Assembly: GCF_001598855.1 (NCBI RefSeq)
Contig: NZ_BCZS01000012.1
Coordinates: 93,551 to 157,550, forward strand
Source of the DNA: Pluralibacter gergoviae ATCC 33028 = NBRC 105706
GTDB lineage: Bacteria; Pseudomonadota; Gammaproteobacteria; Enterobacterales; Enterobacteriaceae
Length of the DNA: 64,000 nt
Direction: 5' to 3'
Shown here: positions 10,796 through 25,435 of the stretch, piece by piece
How the letters are laid out: the number at the start of each line of letters is the position of its first letter
Numbering within the stretch: position 1 is the stretch's first letter
The notes under the pieces: generated by a model
Told to the model about the DNA's origin: nothing
Database searches by the model: none
The model's input: the letters and a program-made list of their open reading frames with translations, nothing else
Translations under genes and position numbers: made by a program

Positions 10796-10858
10796 TTAAT
10801 GGTGATTTTGGAACCGTAAAATGCACAAAAAACCAGATGGTTGTGCAAAAATGGGGGG

Positions 10859-11227
10859 CTAGTGATAATGCGCCCACAGCAGGGTTGCCCAGGTGAAGAC
10901 GGCAATGAGGATTGCCAGCAGCACCGCCGCCGATGCCATGTCTTTCGCCCGCCCCGAGAGTTCGTGGCGCTCTGAACCAATCCGGTCCACCACGGCTTCA
11001 ACGGCGCTGTTGAGAATTTCGACCACCACAATCATCAGCACCGAGCCAATCAGCAGCACCCGGGTAATGGCATCGACGTCCAGCCAGCAGGCGACAATGA
11101 TGGCGACGACGCTGAGCAGCGTCTCCTGGCGGAAGGCCGCCTCGTTTTTCCACGCGGCGTGAAAACCTTTGCAGGAGTAGCCTGCTGCTTTAATGATTCG
11201 GGTTAAGCCGGTGTTATCATTGGCCAT
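10859..11227 (-). CDS. dgkA: diacylglycerol kinase
   Basis: 122 aa, matches E. coli DgkA. Confidence 0.95.
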   Translation of the reverse strand: MANDNTGLTRIIKAAGYSCKGFHAAWKNEAAFRQETLLSVVAIIVACWLDVDAITRVLLIGSVLMIVVVEILNSAVEAVVDRIGSERHELSGRAKDMASAAVLLAILIAVFTWATLLWAHYH

Positions 11228-11358
11228 CAGAAAGAACCTTTTCGTTTATTAAGCGTCATATGTTACTGCGCGCCGGCAGTGGGACAACAGAAATTCTCCA
11301 CGCTTTCTGTTATCCTTGCGGCGCATTTGCACGATTAACCAGAGGCTTTACATCGTTT

Positions 11359-13779
11359 ATGTCTGGCTGGCCAAGAATTTACTACAAATTACTGAATTTA
11401 CCATTAGGCTTGCTGGTGAAAAGCAAGTCTATTCCGGCAGAACCGGCTCAGGAACTTGGGCTCGATACCTCGCGTCCCATCATGTACGTCCTGCCGTATA
11501 ACTCAAAAGCCGATCTGCTGACCCTGCGCGCCCAGTGCCTGGCGCACGATCTGCCGGATCCGCTGGAACCGCTGGAGATCGACGGCACGCTGCTGCCGCG
11601 CTATGTCTTTATCCACGGCGGTCCGCGCGTGTTTACCTATTACACGCCGAAAGAAGAGTCCATTAAGCTGTTCCACGACTATCTCGATCTGCACCGCAGC
11701 AACCCGCAGCTGGACGTGCAGATGGTGCCGGTCTCGGTGATGTTCGGTCGTTCGCCGGGGCGCGAAAAGGGCGAAGAGAACCCGCCGCTGCGTATGCTTA
11801 ACGGCGTGCAGAAGTTTTTCGCCGTCTCCTGGCTCGGCCGCGACAGCTTCGTGCGCTTCTCGCCTTCCCTCTCTATGCGCTGGATGGCGGATGAACACGG
11901 CACGGATAAAACCATTGCCCAGAAGCTGGCCCGCGTGGCGCGCATGCACTTCGCCCGCCAGCGCCTGGCGGCCGTCGGCCCGCGCCTGCCCGCCCGTCAG
12001 GATCTGTTCAATAAGCTGCTGGCCTCCAAGGCCATCGCCAAAGCGGTAGAAGACGAGGCGCGCAGCAAGAAGATTTCGCACGAGAAGGCGCAGCAGAACG
12101 CCATCGCGCTGATGGAAGAGATTGCGGCCAACTTCTCCTACGAGATGATCCGCCTCAGCGACCGCGTGCTGGGCTTTACCTGGAACCGCCTCTATCAGGG
12201 CATCAACGTCCATAACGCCGAGCGCGTGCGCCAGCTGGCCCACGACGGCCACGAGATAGTCTACGTGCCCTGCCACCGCAGCCACATGGACTACCTGCTG
12301 CTCTCCTACGTGCTCTACCACCAGGGCCTGGTGCCGCCGCACATCGCCGCCGGCATCAACCTGAACTTCTGGCCGGCGGGTCCGATTTTCCGCCGCCTGG
12401 GCGCGTTCTTTATTCGCCGCACCTTTAAGGGCAACAAGCTCTACTCCACGGTGTTCCGCGAATATCTCGGCGAGCTGTTCAACCGCGGCTACTCGGTCGA
12501 GTACTTTGTCGAAGGCGGACGCTCCCGCACCGGCCGCCTGCTGGATCCGAAGACCGGCACGCTGTCGATGACGATTCAGGCGATGCTGCGCGGCGGCACC
12601 CGTCCGATTACGCTGGTGCCGATTTACATCGGCTACGAGCACGTGATGGAAGTGGGCACCTACGCCAAAGAGCTGCGCGGCGCGACCAAAGAGAAAGAGA
12701 GCCTGCCGCAGATGCTCAAGGGCCTGAGCAAGCTGCGCAATCTCGGCCAGGGCTACGTCAACTTCGGCGAGCCGCTGCCGCTGATGAGCTACCTCAATCA
12801 CCACGTGCCGGAGTGGCGCGAGTCTATCGATCCTATCGAAGCGATACGCCCGGCGTGGCTGACGCCGACGGTGAACAATATCGCCGCCGATCTGATGGTG
12901 CGCATCAACAACGCCGGGGCGGCCAACGCCATGAACCTGTGCGTGACCGCCCTGCTGGCCTCACGCCAGCGCTCGCTGACCCGCGAGCAGCTGACCCAGC
13001 AGCTGGAGTGCTACCTTGAACTGATGCGCAACGTGCCCTACTCGCCGGATTCAACGGTGCCGGCAGTGAGCGCCAGCGCGCTTATCGATCACGCCCTGCA
13101 GATGAACAAGTTTGAGGTTGAGCAGGATACGATTGGCGAGATCATCGTTCTGCCGCGCGAGCAGGCGGTGCTGATGACCTACTACCGCAACAATATCGCC
13201 CACATGCTGATGATCCCGTCCCTGCTGGCGGCGATCGTGACCCAGCACCGCAAAATTACCCGCGAAGAGCTGGTGCGCCACGTGGAAATCCTCTATCCGA
13301 TGCTGAAGAGCGAACTGTTCCTGCGCTGGGACAGCGCGGAGCTGGCGGGGCTTATCGATAAGCTGCTGGCTGAGATGCAGCGCCAGGCGCTGGTGACGGT
13401 GCAGGATGACCTGATCAGCATCGACGCCACGCATTCGCGCATCCTGCAGCTGCTGGCCGCCGGCGCGCGCGAAACGCTGCAGCGCTACGCGATCACCTTC
13501 TGGCTGCTGAGCGCCAACCCGGCGATTAACCGCAGCACGCTGGAAAAAGAGAGCCGCACCGTGGCCCAGCGTCTGTCTGTGCTGCACGGCATCAATGCGC
13601 CGGAGTTCTTCGATAAGGCGGTGTTCAGTACCCTGGTGCTGACCCTGCGCGACGAGGGCTACATCAGCGATTCCGGCGATGCGGACGCGGAAGAGACGAT
13701 GAAGGTCTACCAGATGCTGGCGGAGCTGATTACGTCGGACGTGCGGCTGACGATTGAGAGCGCGAGTCAGGATAGTTAA
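11359..13779 (+). CDS. plsB: glycerol-3-phosphate 1-O-acyltransferase PlsB; true start MSGWPRIYY at 11359
   Basis: Near-identical to E. coli PlsB over about 806 aa; the track ORF has an upstream out-of-gene extension. Confidence 0.96.
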   Translation: MSGWPRIYYKLLNLPLGLLVKSKSIPAEPAQELGLDTSRPIMYVLPYNSKADLLTLRAQCLAHDLPDPLEPLEIDGTLLPRYVFIHGGPRVFTYYTPKEESIKLFHDYLDLHRSNPQLDVQMVPVSVMFGRSPGREKGEENPPLRMLNGVQKFFAVSWLGRDSFVRFSPSLSMRWMADEHGTDKTIAQKLARVARMHFARQRLAAVGPRLPARQDLFNKLLASKAIAKAVEDEARSKKISHEKAQQNAIALMEEIAANFSYEMIRLSDRVLGFTWNRLYQGINVHNAERVRQLAHDGHEIVYVPCHRSHMDYLLLSYVLYHQGLVPPHIAAGINLNFWPAGPIFRRLGAFFIRRTFKGNKLYSTVFREYLGELFNRGYSVEYFVEGGRSRTGRLLDPKTGTLSMTIQAMLRGGTRPITLVPIYIGYEHVMEVGTYAKELRGATKEKESLPQMLKGLSKLRNLGQGYVNFGEPLPLMSYLNHHVPEWRESIDPIEAIRPAWLTPTVNNIAADLMVRINNAGAANAMNLCVTALLASRQRSLTREQLTQQLECYLELMRNVPYSPDSTVPAVSASALIDHALQMNKFEVEQDTIGEIIVLPREQAVLMTYYRNNIAHMLMIPSLLAAIVTQHRKITREELVRHVEILYPMLKSELFLRWDSAELAGLIDKLLAEMQRQALVTVQDDLISIDATHSRILQLLAAGARETLQRYAITFWLLSANPAINRSTLEKESRTVAQRLSVLHGINAPEFFDKAVFSTLVLTLRDEGYISDSGDADAEETMKVYQMLAELITSDVRLTIESASQDS

Positions 13780-13788
13780 GCGCTTTTC

Positions 13789-13813
13789 GCCCTCTCCCCG
13801 ATGGGGAGAGGGC
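13789..13813. repeat. REP-like palindrome GCCCTCTCCCC-GATG-GGGAGAGGGC between convergent plsB and ubiA; likely acts as a bidirectional terminator
   Basis: Perfect 10-bp stem seen directly; the same CCCTCTCCC/GGGAGAGGG unit recurs at 20544-20626 and 58926-58969. Confidence 0.6.
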
Positions 13814-13821
13814 ATCTGCGG

Positions 13822-14691
13822 TTAGCCGAAATAGCTCACCGCCAGGCCGACAAACAGCGCCAGCCCGACATAGTTATTGTTGAGAAACGCCTTAAAGCAG
13901 GCATCGCGATCGCGATCCTTGATAAGCCCCTGCTGATAGACAAAGAACCCGCCCGCCACCAGAATCGACGCATAGTAAACCCAGCCAAGGCCGCTCAGCC
14001 AGCCGACGGTCGCCATCAGCGCCATCACCACCACCTGCAGAATGCCGATAATCAGCCTGTCGTTTTTGCCAAACAGAATGGCCGTCGATTTGACGCCGAT
14101 CTTCAGGTCGTCGTCGCGGTCAACCATCGCATACTGGGTGTCGTAGACCACCGACCAGCAGATATTCGCCAGAAACATCAGCCAGCAGCTGAGCGGCAGG
14201 GTCTCGCTGACCGCCGCGTAGGCCATCGGAATCGCCCAGCCGAAGGCCGCGCCGAGCACCACCTGCGGCAGATGGGTATAGCGCTTCATAAACGGATAGA
14301 CCCACGCCAGCGCCAGGCCGCCGACCGACAGCACGATGGTCATGGTGTTGAGGGTCAATACCAGCAGAAACGACAGCAGCACCAGTACCGCGAAGAGGAT
14401 GCGGGCCTCTTTTTCGCTGACGTCGCCGCTCGGCAGCGGGCGGCGGGCGGTGCGCTTAACGTGGCCGTCAAATTTGCGGTCGGCGTAGTCGTTCACCACG
14501 CAGCCGGCGGCGCGCATCAGCCAGACGCCCGCCACGAATACGACCAGGATCCACAGCGGCGGCACGCCGGGCGTCGCCACCCACAGCGCCCACAGGGTCG
14601 GCCACAGCAGCAGCAGGGCGCCAATGGGCTTGTCGGTGCGCATCAGGCGATGAAACGCCAGCAGCTTATTCTGGCTCAGACTCCTCTCCAT
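13822..14691 (-). CDS. ubiA: 4-hydroxybenzoate octaprenyltransferase
   Basis: 289 aa, NDYADRKFD motif, matches E. coli UbiA. Confidence 0.95.
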   Translation of the reverse strand: MERSLSQNKLLAFHRLMRTDKPIGALLLLWPTLWALWVATPGVPPLWILVVFVAGVWLMRAAGCVVNDYADRKFDGHVKRTARRPLPSGDVSEKEARILFAVLVLLSFLLVLTLNTMTIVLSVGGLALAWVYPFMKRYTHLPQVVLGAAFGWAIPMAYAAVSETLPLSCWLMFLANICWSVVYDTQYAMVDRDDDLKIGVKSTAILFGKNDRLIIGILQVVVMALMATVGWLSGLGWVYYASILVAGGFFVYQQGLIKDRDRDACFKAFLNNNYVGLALFVGLAVSYFG

Positions 14692-14704
14692 ATTTTACTT
14701 CCTC

Positions 14705-15202
14705 TCAGTACAGCGGCGATGCGGGTAAAAAAAGTTCGGTTAGCAGCAGCGGCTTGCCGCCCAGGCGCAGGCGGGAGCGCCGCCCCCACAGTTCGCCACA
14801 TTGGCCTACCTCGATAAAATCCCGGGTCAGGGACGAGGAGGTAAACAGATAGCGCCCCAGCGGCGTGGTGCCGAGCTGCCTAAGGGCGAGTTCAGGCCCG
14901 TTCAGCGTGGATTCAGGTACTACGGTGCGCCCGGCAAGCCACGGCTCGCCGTCGGCGCAGAGCAGGATCTCGCGCAGCCAGTAGCGGGGCTCGTCAGCGA
15001 GCAGCGGCCGCTCTGATTCGATGTCGGCGCCAGTGACCCACTCTTCCCGCAGCAGGGTGACCGTGACCCGTTTTTTCTGCTGCTCAAAGCGCTGGGTCAT
15101 TGAGTCTTCCAGCAGCAGCCAGTCCAGCAGGCGCGCATCGAGCTGCGGCAGAGTGGTGAAATAGCGTAGCGCGCGCAGCTGCGCCAGCGCAGGGTGTGAC
15201 AT
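14705..15202 (-). CDS. ubiC: chorismate pyruvate-lyase; true start [14 protein letters not shown] at 15202
   Basis: Matches E. coli UbiC; the track ORF has a 50-codon upstream extension. Confidence 0.92.
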   Translation of the reverse strand: MSHPALAQLRALRYFTTLPQLDARLLDWLLLEDSMTQRFEQQKKRVTVTLLREEWVTGADIESERPLLADEPRYWLREILLCADGEPWLAGRTVVPESTLNGPELALRQLGTTPLGRYLFTSSSLTRDFIEVGQCGELWGRRSRLRLGGKPLLLTELFLPASPLY

Positions 15203-15302
15203 GTCCGTCTCTCCGATACCTGGTATCAAGGCATTGTATCGTAGAAACGGCGCGACGAAAGGAGGAAAGGGCAATATACGATCATTGGCGCAACAATAGC
15301 GC

Positions 15303-15335
15303 AACAGAAAAAACAGTACGCCCCGAAGGGCGTAC
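15303..15335 (-). terminator. rho-independent terminator of the malK-lamB-malM operon (GTACGCCC-TTCG-GGGCGTAC followed by a T-run on the minus strand)
   Basis: Hairpin plus TTTTTTCTGTT read directly on the minus strand. Confidence 0.6.
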
Positions 15336-15382
15336 CGAAAGGCTAAGGCCAAACATCAAACATCAGCAGCGTGGGGCAGCCA

Positions 15383-16351
15383 TCACCCCTTGCCTTTTAC
15401 GCTGCTGATAAAGGTGGAACGCGCGGAGGTCGAGCCGAGGCGCTCGGCTTCGTTGAGCAGCTTCAGCGCTTTATCAATATTGCCCTCTTTAACGGCCTGC
15501 TTAATGCCGTTGTTGAAGTAGGTTTCAGTGTCGTTGAGTACGGGTTCGGACTTCACCGGTGCGGCAGCGACAGGCGCCGCAGCAGGGGCCGAGGCGGGTG
15601 CCGTAGCCGGTGCCGCAGCCGGTGCGCTGTAGGCCGGCGCAGCGGTGTTGCCGACGGTTACCGGCGCCGGGCCGGAAGAGCCAAACAGCGGACCAACCAG
15701 CACGCTGGAGCTGGTGTTGGTTTTTACCTTCAGCTTCAGCGTACCCTCAGCGGAGTGGCGGGCAATCGGATCGGGAATATCCGGTATCGCGTTACCCGTG
15801 CCTTTGGCATAGGCTTTCGCCGGATCGAGCAGTTTCGTGGTCTGCTGCAGATCCTGCGGCGTGGTAAAGACCAGCACGTAGATTTTCTGCTGGCCCAGCG
15901 CCGGCGTCAGACGCATGACGCCCTCCAGGCGGTCGGCGCTCATCACGCCCGGCTCCTGATAGGTAAAGTAGCTGCTCGGGAAGAAGGCGGACGGCGTCAT
16001 GTTCTGGTCAAGGATCAGCACGTTCGGCGCGTACACGCCGCTATGCTTGTTCACTTCGCTGGTCAGCGTCAGGGTTATCTCACCGATATTGGCCGGCACG
16101 CTGTAGGCCGCCACCGGCCCGGTGATGCCGGACACATGCAGGCTCTGCCCGGCGGTCGCCAGCGGCGTAGTATGGGATTTTGACTGGTCAACGGGAGTCC
16201 AGGTCAGCTGCTGCAGCGCAGCGGTCGGGATCGCCGGCGCGGCGGCGGTATTCTGCGGCACCACGTTGACATCGGCAAAGCTGACTGCCGGGGCGCTGGC
16301 CAGCAGGCCGGCGGACAGGCAGAGGGCAACGAGCGTTTTATTCATTTTCAT
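15383..16351 (-). CDS. malM: maltose regulon periplasmic protein MalM
   Basis: MKMNKTLVALCLSAGLLASAP... full-length match to MalM. Confidence 0.93.
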   Translation of the reverse strand: MKMNKTLVALCLSAGLLASAPAVSFADVNVVPQNTAAAPAIPTAALQQLTWTPVDQSKSHTTPLATAGQSLHVSGITGPVAAYSVPANIGEITLTLTSEVNKHSGVYAPNVLILDQNMTPSAFFPSSYFTYQEPGVMSADRLEGVMRLTPALGQQKIYVLVFTTPQDLQQTTKLLDPAKAYAKGTGNAIPDIPDPIARHSAEGTLKLKVKTNTSSSVLVGPLFGSSGPAPVTVGNTAAPAYSAPAAAPATAPASAPAAAPVAAAPVKSEPVLNDTETYFNNGIKQAVKEGNIDKALKLLNEAERLGSTSARSTFISSVKGKG

Positions 16352-16465
16352 TGTTATCACCTCAAAACGGGGGCGCAGCGGTGGCCAGGCAATAGCGCGC
16401 TGCGTCGAAGAGAGAGGGGCTTTCGCCCCTCTTTTATTCAGGCATTACATCGGGTTAAACAGGGT

Positions 16466-17884
<1,419 letters not shown>

Positions 17885-17898
17885 TTAATTGGGAAGCC

Positions 17899-19008
<1,110 letters not shown>

Positions 19009-19084
19009 GCCCTTCTCCCTAAAAACATCAAGATGGGCCTGACTATGCGTTATCCGTTACGGGCGTAAATCCTCCGCCTGCGGG

Positions 19085-19300
19085 CTTTTTGATGGGGGAG
19101 GAGACGGGAGGATGAGAAGGTCGGTGCGAAAGCGGCGGCCGGCGGACAGGGCAAAAAATCGTGATGCCGCCTGCAAAATTCAGCCGGTGATTATGTGCGC
19201 CAGCGCGCATAACGGCGATTTAAGCAATGCAGATCACACAAACACCGCCGGGGGCGTAGGCGCGGGGAGGATGGAAAGAGGATGTCATATAAAGAAACTA
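19085..19300. promoter_or_regulatory. malK-malE divergent control region with MalT-box-like GGGGAGGA / GGAGGATGAG / GGGGAGGATGG motifs
   Basis: GGA(T/G)GA repeats seen at about 19091-19124 and 19262-19280; the architecture is known from E. coli malEp/malKp. Confidence 0.5.
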
Positions 19301-19301
19301 A

Positions 19302-20537
<1,236 letters not shown>

Positions 20538-20543
20538 CGGCTG

Positions 20544-20626
20544 CCCCTCACCCCGGAGGGGAGAGGAAGAAACACAACCCCGGCCCGCCCCTCTCCCCCA
20601 CCGGGGAGAGGGTTAAGGTGAGGGGG
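20544..20626. repeat. cluster of two REP-like palindromic units (CCCCTCACCCC-GGAG-GGGAGAGG and CCCTCTCCCC-CACC-GGGGAGAGGG, then GTTAAGGTGAGGGGG) in the malE-malF intercistronic region
   Basis: Seen directly; the E. coli malE-malF spacer likewise carries REP elements. Confidence 0.55.
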
Positions 20627-20651
20627 AAAATGCTACAGAGGAAGATTCCCC

Positions 20652-22190
20652 ATGGATGTCGTTAAGAAGAGTCACTGGTGGCAGAGCGATGCCCTGAAGT
20701 GGTCCATCATCGGGCTGCTGGGCCTGCTGGTCGGCTATCTTGTTGTCGTGATGTACGCCCAGGGGGAGTACCTGTTTGCCATCATGACGCTGATATTAAG
20801 CTCGGCTGGCCTCTACATTTTTGCAAACCGCAAAACCTATGCCTGGCGCTACGTCTACCCGGGTCTCGCCGGAATGGGGCTGTTTGTCCTCTTCCCGCTG
20901 ATCTGCACCATCGCCATCGCTTTTACCAACTACAGCAGCACCAACCAGCTGACCCAGGAGCGGGCGCAGCAGGTGCTGATGGAGCGCGCCTATCAGGCGG
21001 GTAAAACCTACCAGTTTGCCCTCTATCCGGCCGGGGAGCAGTGGCGGCTGGCGCTCAGCGATAACGATAAATATTATGTTTCCGACGCCTTTACCTTCGG
21101 CGGTGAACAAAAGATCCCGCTCAGGCAGGCCGACGCCCTGCCGGACGGCGAGCGCGGCAACCTGCGGGTGATAACCCAGAATCGTCAGGCACTCGGCCAG
21201 TTGACGGCGATCCTGCCGGATAACAGCAAAGTGACCATGAGCTCACTGCGCCAGTTCTCCGGCACCCGCCCGCTTTACGCCCTGGCGGACGACGGCGAGC
21301 TGACCAATAACCAGACCGGCGTCAAGTATCGCCCCAATAACCACATCGGCTTTTACGAATCGGTCAATGGCGACGGCAGTTGGGCGGGCGAGAAGCTGAG
21401 CCCCGGCTATACCGTCAGCATCGGCGTTGACAACTTTACCCGCGTCTTCACCGACGAGGGGATCCAGAAGCCCTTCTTCGCCATCTTCGTCTGGACGGTG
21501 GTGTTCTCGGTGCTGACGGTGATTCTGACCGTCGCCGTGGGGATGGTGCTGGCCTGCGTCGTGCAGTGGGAAGCCCTGAAGGGCAAGGCGATTTACCGGG
21601 TGCTGCTGATCCTGCCCTACGCCGTGCCGTCGTTTATCTCGATCCTTATCTTCAAAGGGCTGTTCAACCAGAGCTTCGGCGAGATCAACATGATGCTCAG
21701 CGCCCTGTTCGGCATCAAGCCGGCCTGGTTCAGCGATCCGACCACCGCCCGGGCGATGATCGTGATCGTCAACACCTGGCTCGGCTACCCGTACATGATG
21801 ATCCTCTGCATGGGGCTTTTGAAAGCGATCCCGGACGATCTGTACGAAGCCTCGGCGATGGACGGCGCGGGGCCGCTGCAGAACTTCTTTAAAATTACCC
21901 TGCCGCTGCTGATCAAGCCCCTGACGCCACTGATGATCGCCAGCTTTGCCTTTAACTTTAACAACTTCGTGCTGATCCAGCTGCTGACCAACGGCGGCCC
22001 GGACCGGCTCGGCACTACCACGCCGGCGGGCTATACCGACCTGCTGGTGAGCTATACCTACCGCATCGCCTTTGAAGGCGGCGGCGGCCAGGACTTCGGG
22101 CTGGCGGCGGCGATTGCCACGCTGATCTTCCTGCTGGTGGGCGCACTTGCGGTTGTGAACCTCAAAGCCACGCGCATGAAGTTTGATTAA
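20652..22190 (+). CDS. malF: maltose ABC transporter permease MalF
   Basis: 512 aa with large periplasmic P2 loop; full-length match. Confidence 0.96.
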   Translation: MDVVKKSHWWQSDALKWSIIGLLGLLVGYLVVVMYAQGEYLFAIMTLILSSAGLYIFANRKTYAWRYVYPGLAGMGLFVLFPLICTIAIAFTNYSSTNQLTQERAQQVLMERAYQAGKTYQFALYPAGEQWRLALSDNDKYYVSDAFTFGGEQKIPLRQADALPDGERGNLRVITQNRQALGQLTAILPDNSKVTMSSLRQFSGTRPLYALADDGELTNNQTGVKYRPNNHIGFYESVNGDGSWAGEKLSPGYTVSIGVDNFTRVFTDEGIQKPFFAIFVWTVVFSVLTVILTVAVGMVLACVVQWEALKGKAIYRVLLILPYAVPSFISILIFKGLFNQSFGEINMMLSALFGIKPAWFSDPTTARAMIVIVNTWLGYPYMMILCMGLLKAIPDDLYEASAMDGAGPLQNFFKITLPLLIKPLTPLMIASFAFNFNNFVLIQLLTNGGPDRLGTTTPAGYTDLLVSYTYRIAFEGGGGQDFGLAAAIATLIFLLVGALAVVNLKATRMKFD

Positions 22191-22202
22191 GGGAGAAAAA
22201 TC

Positions 22203-23093
22203 ATGGCTATGGTACAACCCAAATCCCAGAAGCTGCGGCTGTTCATCACCCACCTGCTGCTGCTGCTGTTTATCGCCGGGATCATGTTCCCGCTGCTGAT
22301 GGTCATCGCCATCTCTCTGCGCGAGGGCAACTTCGCCACCGGCAGCCTGATCCCGGAACACATCTCCTGGGAGCACTGGCGGCTGGCGCTGGGCTTCAGC
22401 GTTGAGCACGCCGACGGCCGGGTGACGCCGCCGCCGTTCCCGGTGCTGCTGTGGCTGTGGAACTCGGTGAAGATCGCCGGGATCACCGCCGTCGGCATCG
22501 TGGCGCTCTCCACCACCTGCGCCTACGCCTTCGCCCGGATGAAGTTTCCCGGCAAGGCGACGCTGCTGAAGGGAATGCTGATTTTCCAGATGTTCCCGGC
22601 GGTGCTGTCGCTGGTGGCGCTGTACGCCCTGTTCGACCGCCTGGGCCAGTACATTCCGTTTATCGGCCTCAACACCCACGGCGGAGTGATCTTCGCCTAC
22701 CTCGGCGGCATCGCCCTGCACGTCTGGACCATTAAGGGCTACTTCGAAACCATCGACGGCTCGCTGGAAGAGGCCGCCGCGCTGGACGGCGCCACGCCGT
22801 GGCAGGCGTTCCGCCTGGTGCTGCTGCCGCTGTCGGTACCGATCCTCGCGGTGGTCTTTATTCTGTCGTTCATCGCCGCGATCACCGAAGTGCCGGTGGC
22901 CTCGCTGCTGCTGCGCGATGTCGACAGTTACACCCTGGCGGTCGGGATGCAGCAGTACCTGAATCCGCAGAACTACCTGTGGGGCGACTTTGCGGCGGCG
23001 GCGGTGCTGTCCGCGATCCCGATCACCGTCGTCTTCCTGCTGGCCCAGCGCTGGCTGGTCAACGGCCTGACGGCGGGCGGCGTGAAGGGCTAA
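22203..23093 (+). CDS. malG: maltose ABC transporter permease MalG
   Basis: 296 aa, EAA-loop motif, full-length match. Confidence 0.96.
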   Translation: MAMVQPKSQKLRLFITHLLLLLFIAGIMFPLLMVIAISLREGNFATGSLIPEHISWEHWRLALGFSVEHADGRVTPPPFPVLLWLWNSVKIAGITAVGIVALSTTCAYAFARMKFPGKATLLKGMLIFQMFPAVLSLVALYALFDRLGQYIPFIGLNTHGGVIFAYLGGIALHVWTIKGYFETIDGSLEEAAALDGATPWQAFRLVLLPLSVPILAVVFILSFIAAITEVPVASLLLRDVDSYTLAVGMQQYLNPQNYLWGDFAAAAVLSAIPITVVFLLAQRWLVNGLTAGGVKG

Positions 23094-23149
23094 ATTTCAT
23101 CATCATTATTGCCACTGTTATCCTCAACATTTGATCCTGGAAGTTCTTT

Positions 23150-23182
23150 GTAGCGATCGCGCAAGCCATCGCTACTTTTTTT
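23150..23182. terminator. bidirectional hairpin GTAGCGAT-(CGCGCAAGCC)-ATCGCTAC followed by T7, between convergent malG and the gntP-like gene
   Basis: 8-bp perfect stem plus TTTTTTT seen directly. Confidence 0.55.
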
Positions 23183-23185
23183 GAT

Positions 23186-24547
23186 CTACAGCACGGCCCA
23201 CAGCAGCCAGATGATGGCGAAGCCGCTGAGGCCCATCAGGGTAGTTAGCACCGTCCAGGTCTTCAGGCCGTCGGAGACCGACAGGCCGAGGTAGCGGGTC
23301 ACCACCCAGAAACCGGCGTCGTTGACGTGGGAGAGGCCGAGGCCGCCGAAGCAGGCCGCCAGGGTCACCAGCACCCGCTGCATGTCGGTGACGTCGCCTA
23401 CCGCCTGGCTCAGCAGGCCGCTGGTGGTGAGAATGGCGACGGTGGCCGACCCCTGCGAGGCGCGCAGGGCCAGCGACAGGATAAAGGCCGCCGGGATCAG
23501 CGGCAGGTGCAGCGTCTCCAGCGTCAGGGCCAGCGCTCTGCCGACGCCGGACTCCACCAGCACCTTGCCGAAAGCGCCGCCCGCCCCCGCCACCAGGATG
23601 ACGCTGGCGGAGCCGGGAATGGCGTGGCCGGTCAGATCCTCAAGCTTCTCCTTGCTCCAGCCGCGGCGCACGCCCAGCAGCCAGGCCGCCAGCGCGAGGG
23701 CGATCAGCAGGGCAACCGGCGGGTTGCCGAGCACCATCATGGTAGCCCGCAGCGCGCTGCCCTCCGTCAGCATCGAGTGCGCGAGGGTGCCCAGCACGAT
23801 CAGGACAATCGGCACCACGATAAGCCCGGCGATAGTCATTGCCCCCGGCGGCGCCACCTTCGGCGCCGCTTTACCTTCCGCGTCGGCGGGTTCCGCCAGC
23901 TGCAGCTGCTCCAGCACCTCAACGGAGAGGTGGTACCGGCGTCGGTTCATCGCCTTCGCCACGTAGTAGCCCACCGCGCCCACCGGAATCGACACCAGAA
24001 TACCCAGCATCATTAGCCAACCCATATCGCTGTGCAGAATGCCCGCCGCCGCCGCCGCGCCGGGATGGGTCGGCAGCGCCACGTGCACCGTCAGCATCAC
24101 CCCGGCCATCGGCAGGCCGAACTTGAGGGGCGATACCTGCGCCACCTTGCTGAAGCCGTAGATCAGCGGAATGACGATGATAAAGCCCACCTCAAAAAAG
24201 ACAGGAATGCCGAGGATAAAGGCGGCGATAGTCAGGGCGGCGACGGTGCGCTTCATCCCCAGTCGGCGGCTGAAGTGCTGCGCCAGCGACTCGGCGCCGC
24301 CGGAGGCCTCAATCACTGCTCCAAGCATCGCGCCCAGCACGATGATGATCGTGATATGTCCCAGCAGGTTGCCCATGCCGCTGAAGATGGTCTCCATAAT
24401 TTTATCGGCGGGAATGCCGGTGGCGATGGCCACCAGCAGACTGACCACCAGCAGGGCCACGAAAGGATGGACTTTGGCTTTGATCACCAGCAGCAGCAGG
24501 ATCAGAATGCTGGCGACGGCAATGGCTAACAGCAGGGCGGTTGACAT
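23186..24547 (-). CDS. GntP-family acid-sugar permease (YgbN-like); ATG at 24545-24547 with AGGTGA RBS
   Basis: About 450 aa, 12-13 TM GntP-family topology; last gene of the ygbJKLMN-like operon. Confidence 0.85.
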   Translation of the reverse strand: MSTALLLAIAVASILILLLLVIKAKVHPFVALLVVSLLVAIATGIPADKIMETIFSGMGNLLGHITIIIVLGAMLGAVIEASGGAESLAQHFSRRLGMKRTVAALTIAAFILGIPVFFEVGFIIVIPLIYGFSKVAQVSPLKFGLPMAGVMLTVHVALPTHPGAAAAAGILHSDMGWLMMLGILVSIPVGAVGYYVAKAMNRRRYHLSVEVLEQLQLAEPADAEGKAAPKVAPPGAMTIAGLIVVPIVLIVLGTLAHSMLTEGSALRATMMVLGNPPVALLIALALAAWLLGVRRGWSKEKLEDLTGHAIPGSASVILVAGAGGAFGKVLVESGVGRALALTLETLHLPLIPAAFILSLALRASQGSATVAILTTSGLLSQAVGDVTDMQRVLVTLAACFGGLGLSHVNDAGFWVVTRYLGLSVSDGLKTWTVLTTLMGLSGFAIIWLLWAVL

Positions 24548-24608
24548 AGTAATCACCTGATTTAATTAGAATAATAGGGTACAGACTGGCGTTTTCAGGG
24601 TGCACGCG

Positions 24609-24640
24609 GTCTGCCGCCGCGCGGGGAGCGCGGCGGCAGA
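24609..24640. repeat. GC-rich perfect palindrome GTCTGCCGCCGCGC-GGGGA-GCGCGGCGGCAGAC (14-bp stem) between otnI-like and gntP-like genes; no T-run on either side
   Basis: Seen directly. Confidence 0.5.
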
Positions 24641-24655
24641 CGTCACGACACAGGA

Positions 24656-25435
24656 TTAATTAAGGTACGGCGCTATCCAGCCGAGCCCGGCGTCGGTGCG
24701 GCCGCGCGGAATATATTCGCAGCCGATCCAGCCATCGTAGCCCACCTCATCCAGCAGGTTAAACAGGTACGGGTAGCTGATTTCGCCCTCGTCCGGCTCG
24801 CGCCTGTCCGGCACCGAGGCAATCTGGATGTGGCGGTAGCGGCCCGCATACTCGCGGATCAGGTGGCTCAGGTTGCCGTCCACCCGCTGGGCGTGGAACA
24901 GATCGAGCTGGGTGAAGACGTTGGGCCGGTCGATGCGCGCCACCATCTCCAGGGTCTGGTACTGGCTGGCGTAGAGATAGTTGGGCTTAGTGAGCGGATT
25001 GAGCGCCTCCAGCAGCAGGTTAATGCCGTGCGGCGCAAAGCGCTCTGCGGCATAGCGCAGGTTGCCGATCAGCGCGGCTTCATACGCCCCGCGGTCCGCG
25101 CCCGGCGGCACGACGCCCGCCATGACGTGCACCTGCGGGCAGTTGAGGGCCAGGGCGTACTCCAGCGCCTGGTCGATGTCGGCCCGGGCCTGCGCCTCGC
25201 ATCCCGGCACGGCGGACAGCCCCCACTCCCCCGCCTGCACGTCGCCCGGCGCGGTATTGAACAGCACCAGCTTTAGCTGATGCTTATCCAGTTCAGCTTT
25301 GATGACCTCCGCCGGGTAGTCATAGGGAAACAGAAACTCCACGGCGCGAAAGCCCGCCTTTGCCGCCGCGCCGAAGCGATCAGGGAAAGCGTATTCGTTA
25401 AATTGGGTCGATAAGTTTGCTGCGAATTTTGGCAT
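24656..25435 (-). CDS. otnI: hydroxypyruvate-isomerase-family protein, 2-oxo-tetronate isomerase-like (OtnI/YgbM-like)
   Basis: 259 aa TIM-barrel xylose-isomerase-like fold; operon context with DUF1537 kinase and class II aldolase. Confidence 0.8.
   Translation of the reverse strand: MPKFAANLSTQFNEYAFPDRFGAAAKAGFRAVEFLFPYDYPAEVIKAELDKHQLKLVLFNTAPGDVQAGEWGLSAVPGCEAQARADIDQALEYALALNCPQVHVMAGVVPPGADRGAYEAALIGNLRYAAERFAPHGINLLLEALNPLTKPNYLYASQYQTLEMVARIDRPNVFTQLDLFHAQRVDGNLSHLIREYAGRYRHIQIASVPDRREPDEGEISYPYLFNLLDEVGYDGWIGCEYIPRGRTDAGLGWIAPYLN

Noticed and set aside
11503-12804. 433-aa ORF antisense to plsB
   Set aside because: Fully embedded antisense in a highly conserved gene; typical high-GC shadow ORF
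16419-16440. GAGGGGC-TTTC-GCCCCTC hairpin between lamB and malM as a terminator
   Set aside because: Lies inside an operon (lamB-malM co-transcribed); on the transcribed strand the hairpin is followed by a TC-rich tract rather than a clean T-run (the T-run is on the opposite strand); more likely REP-like
21243-22721. 492-aa ORF antisense to malF/malG
   Set aside because: Spans two real genes and their junction; low-complexity composition
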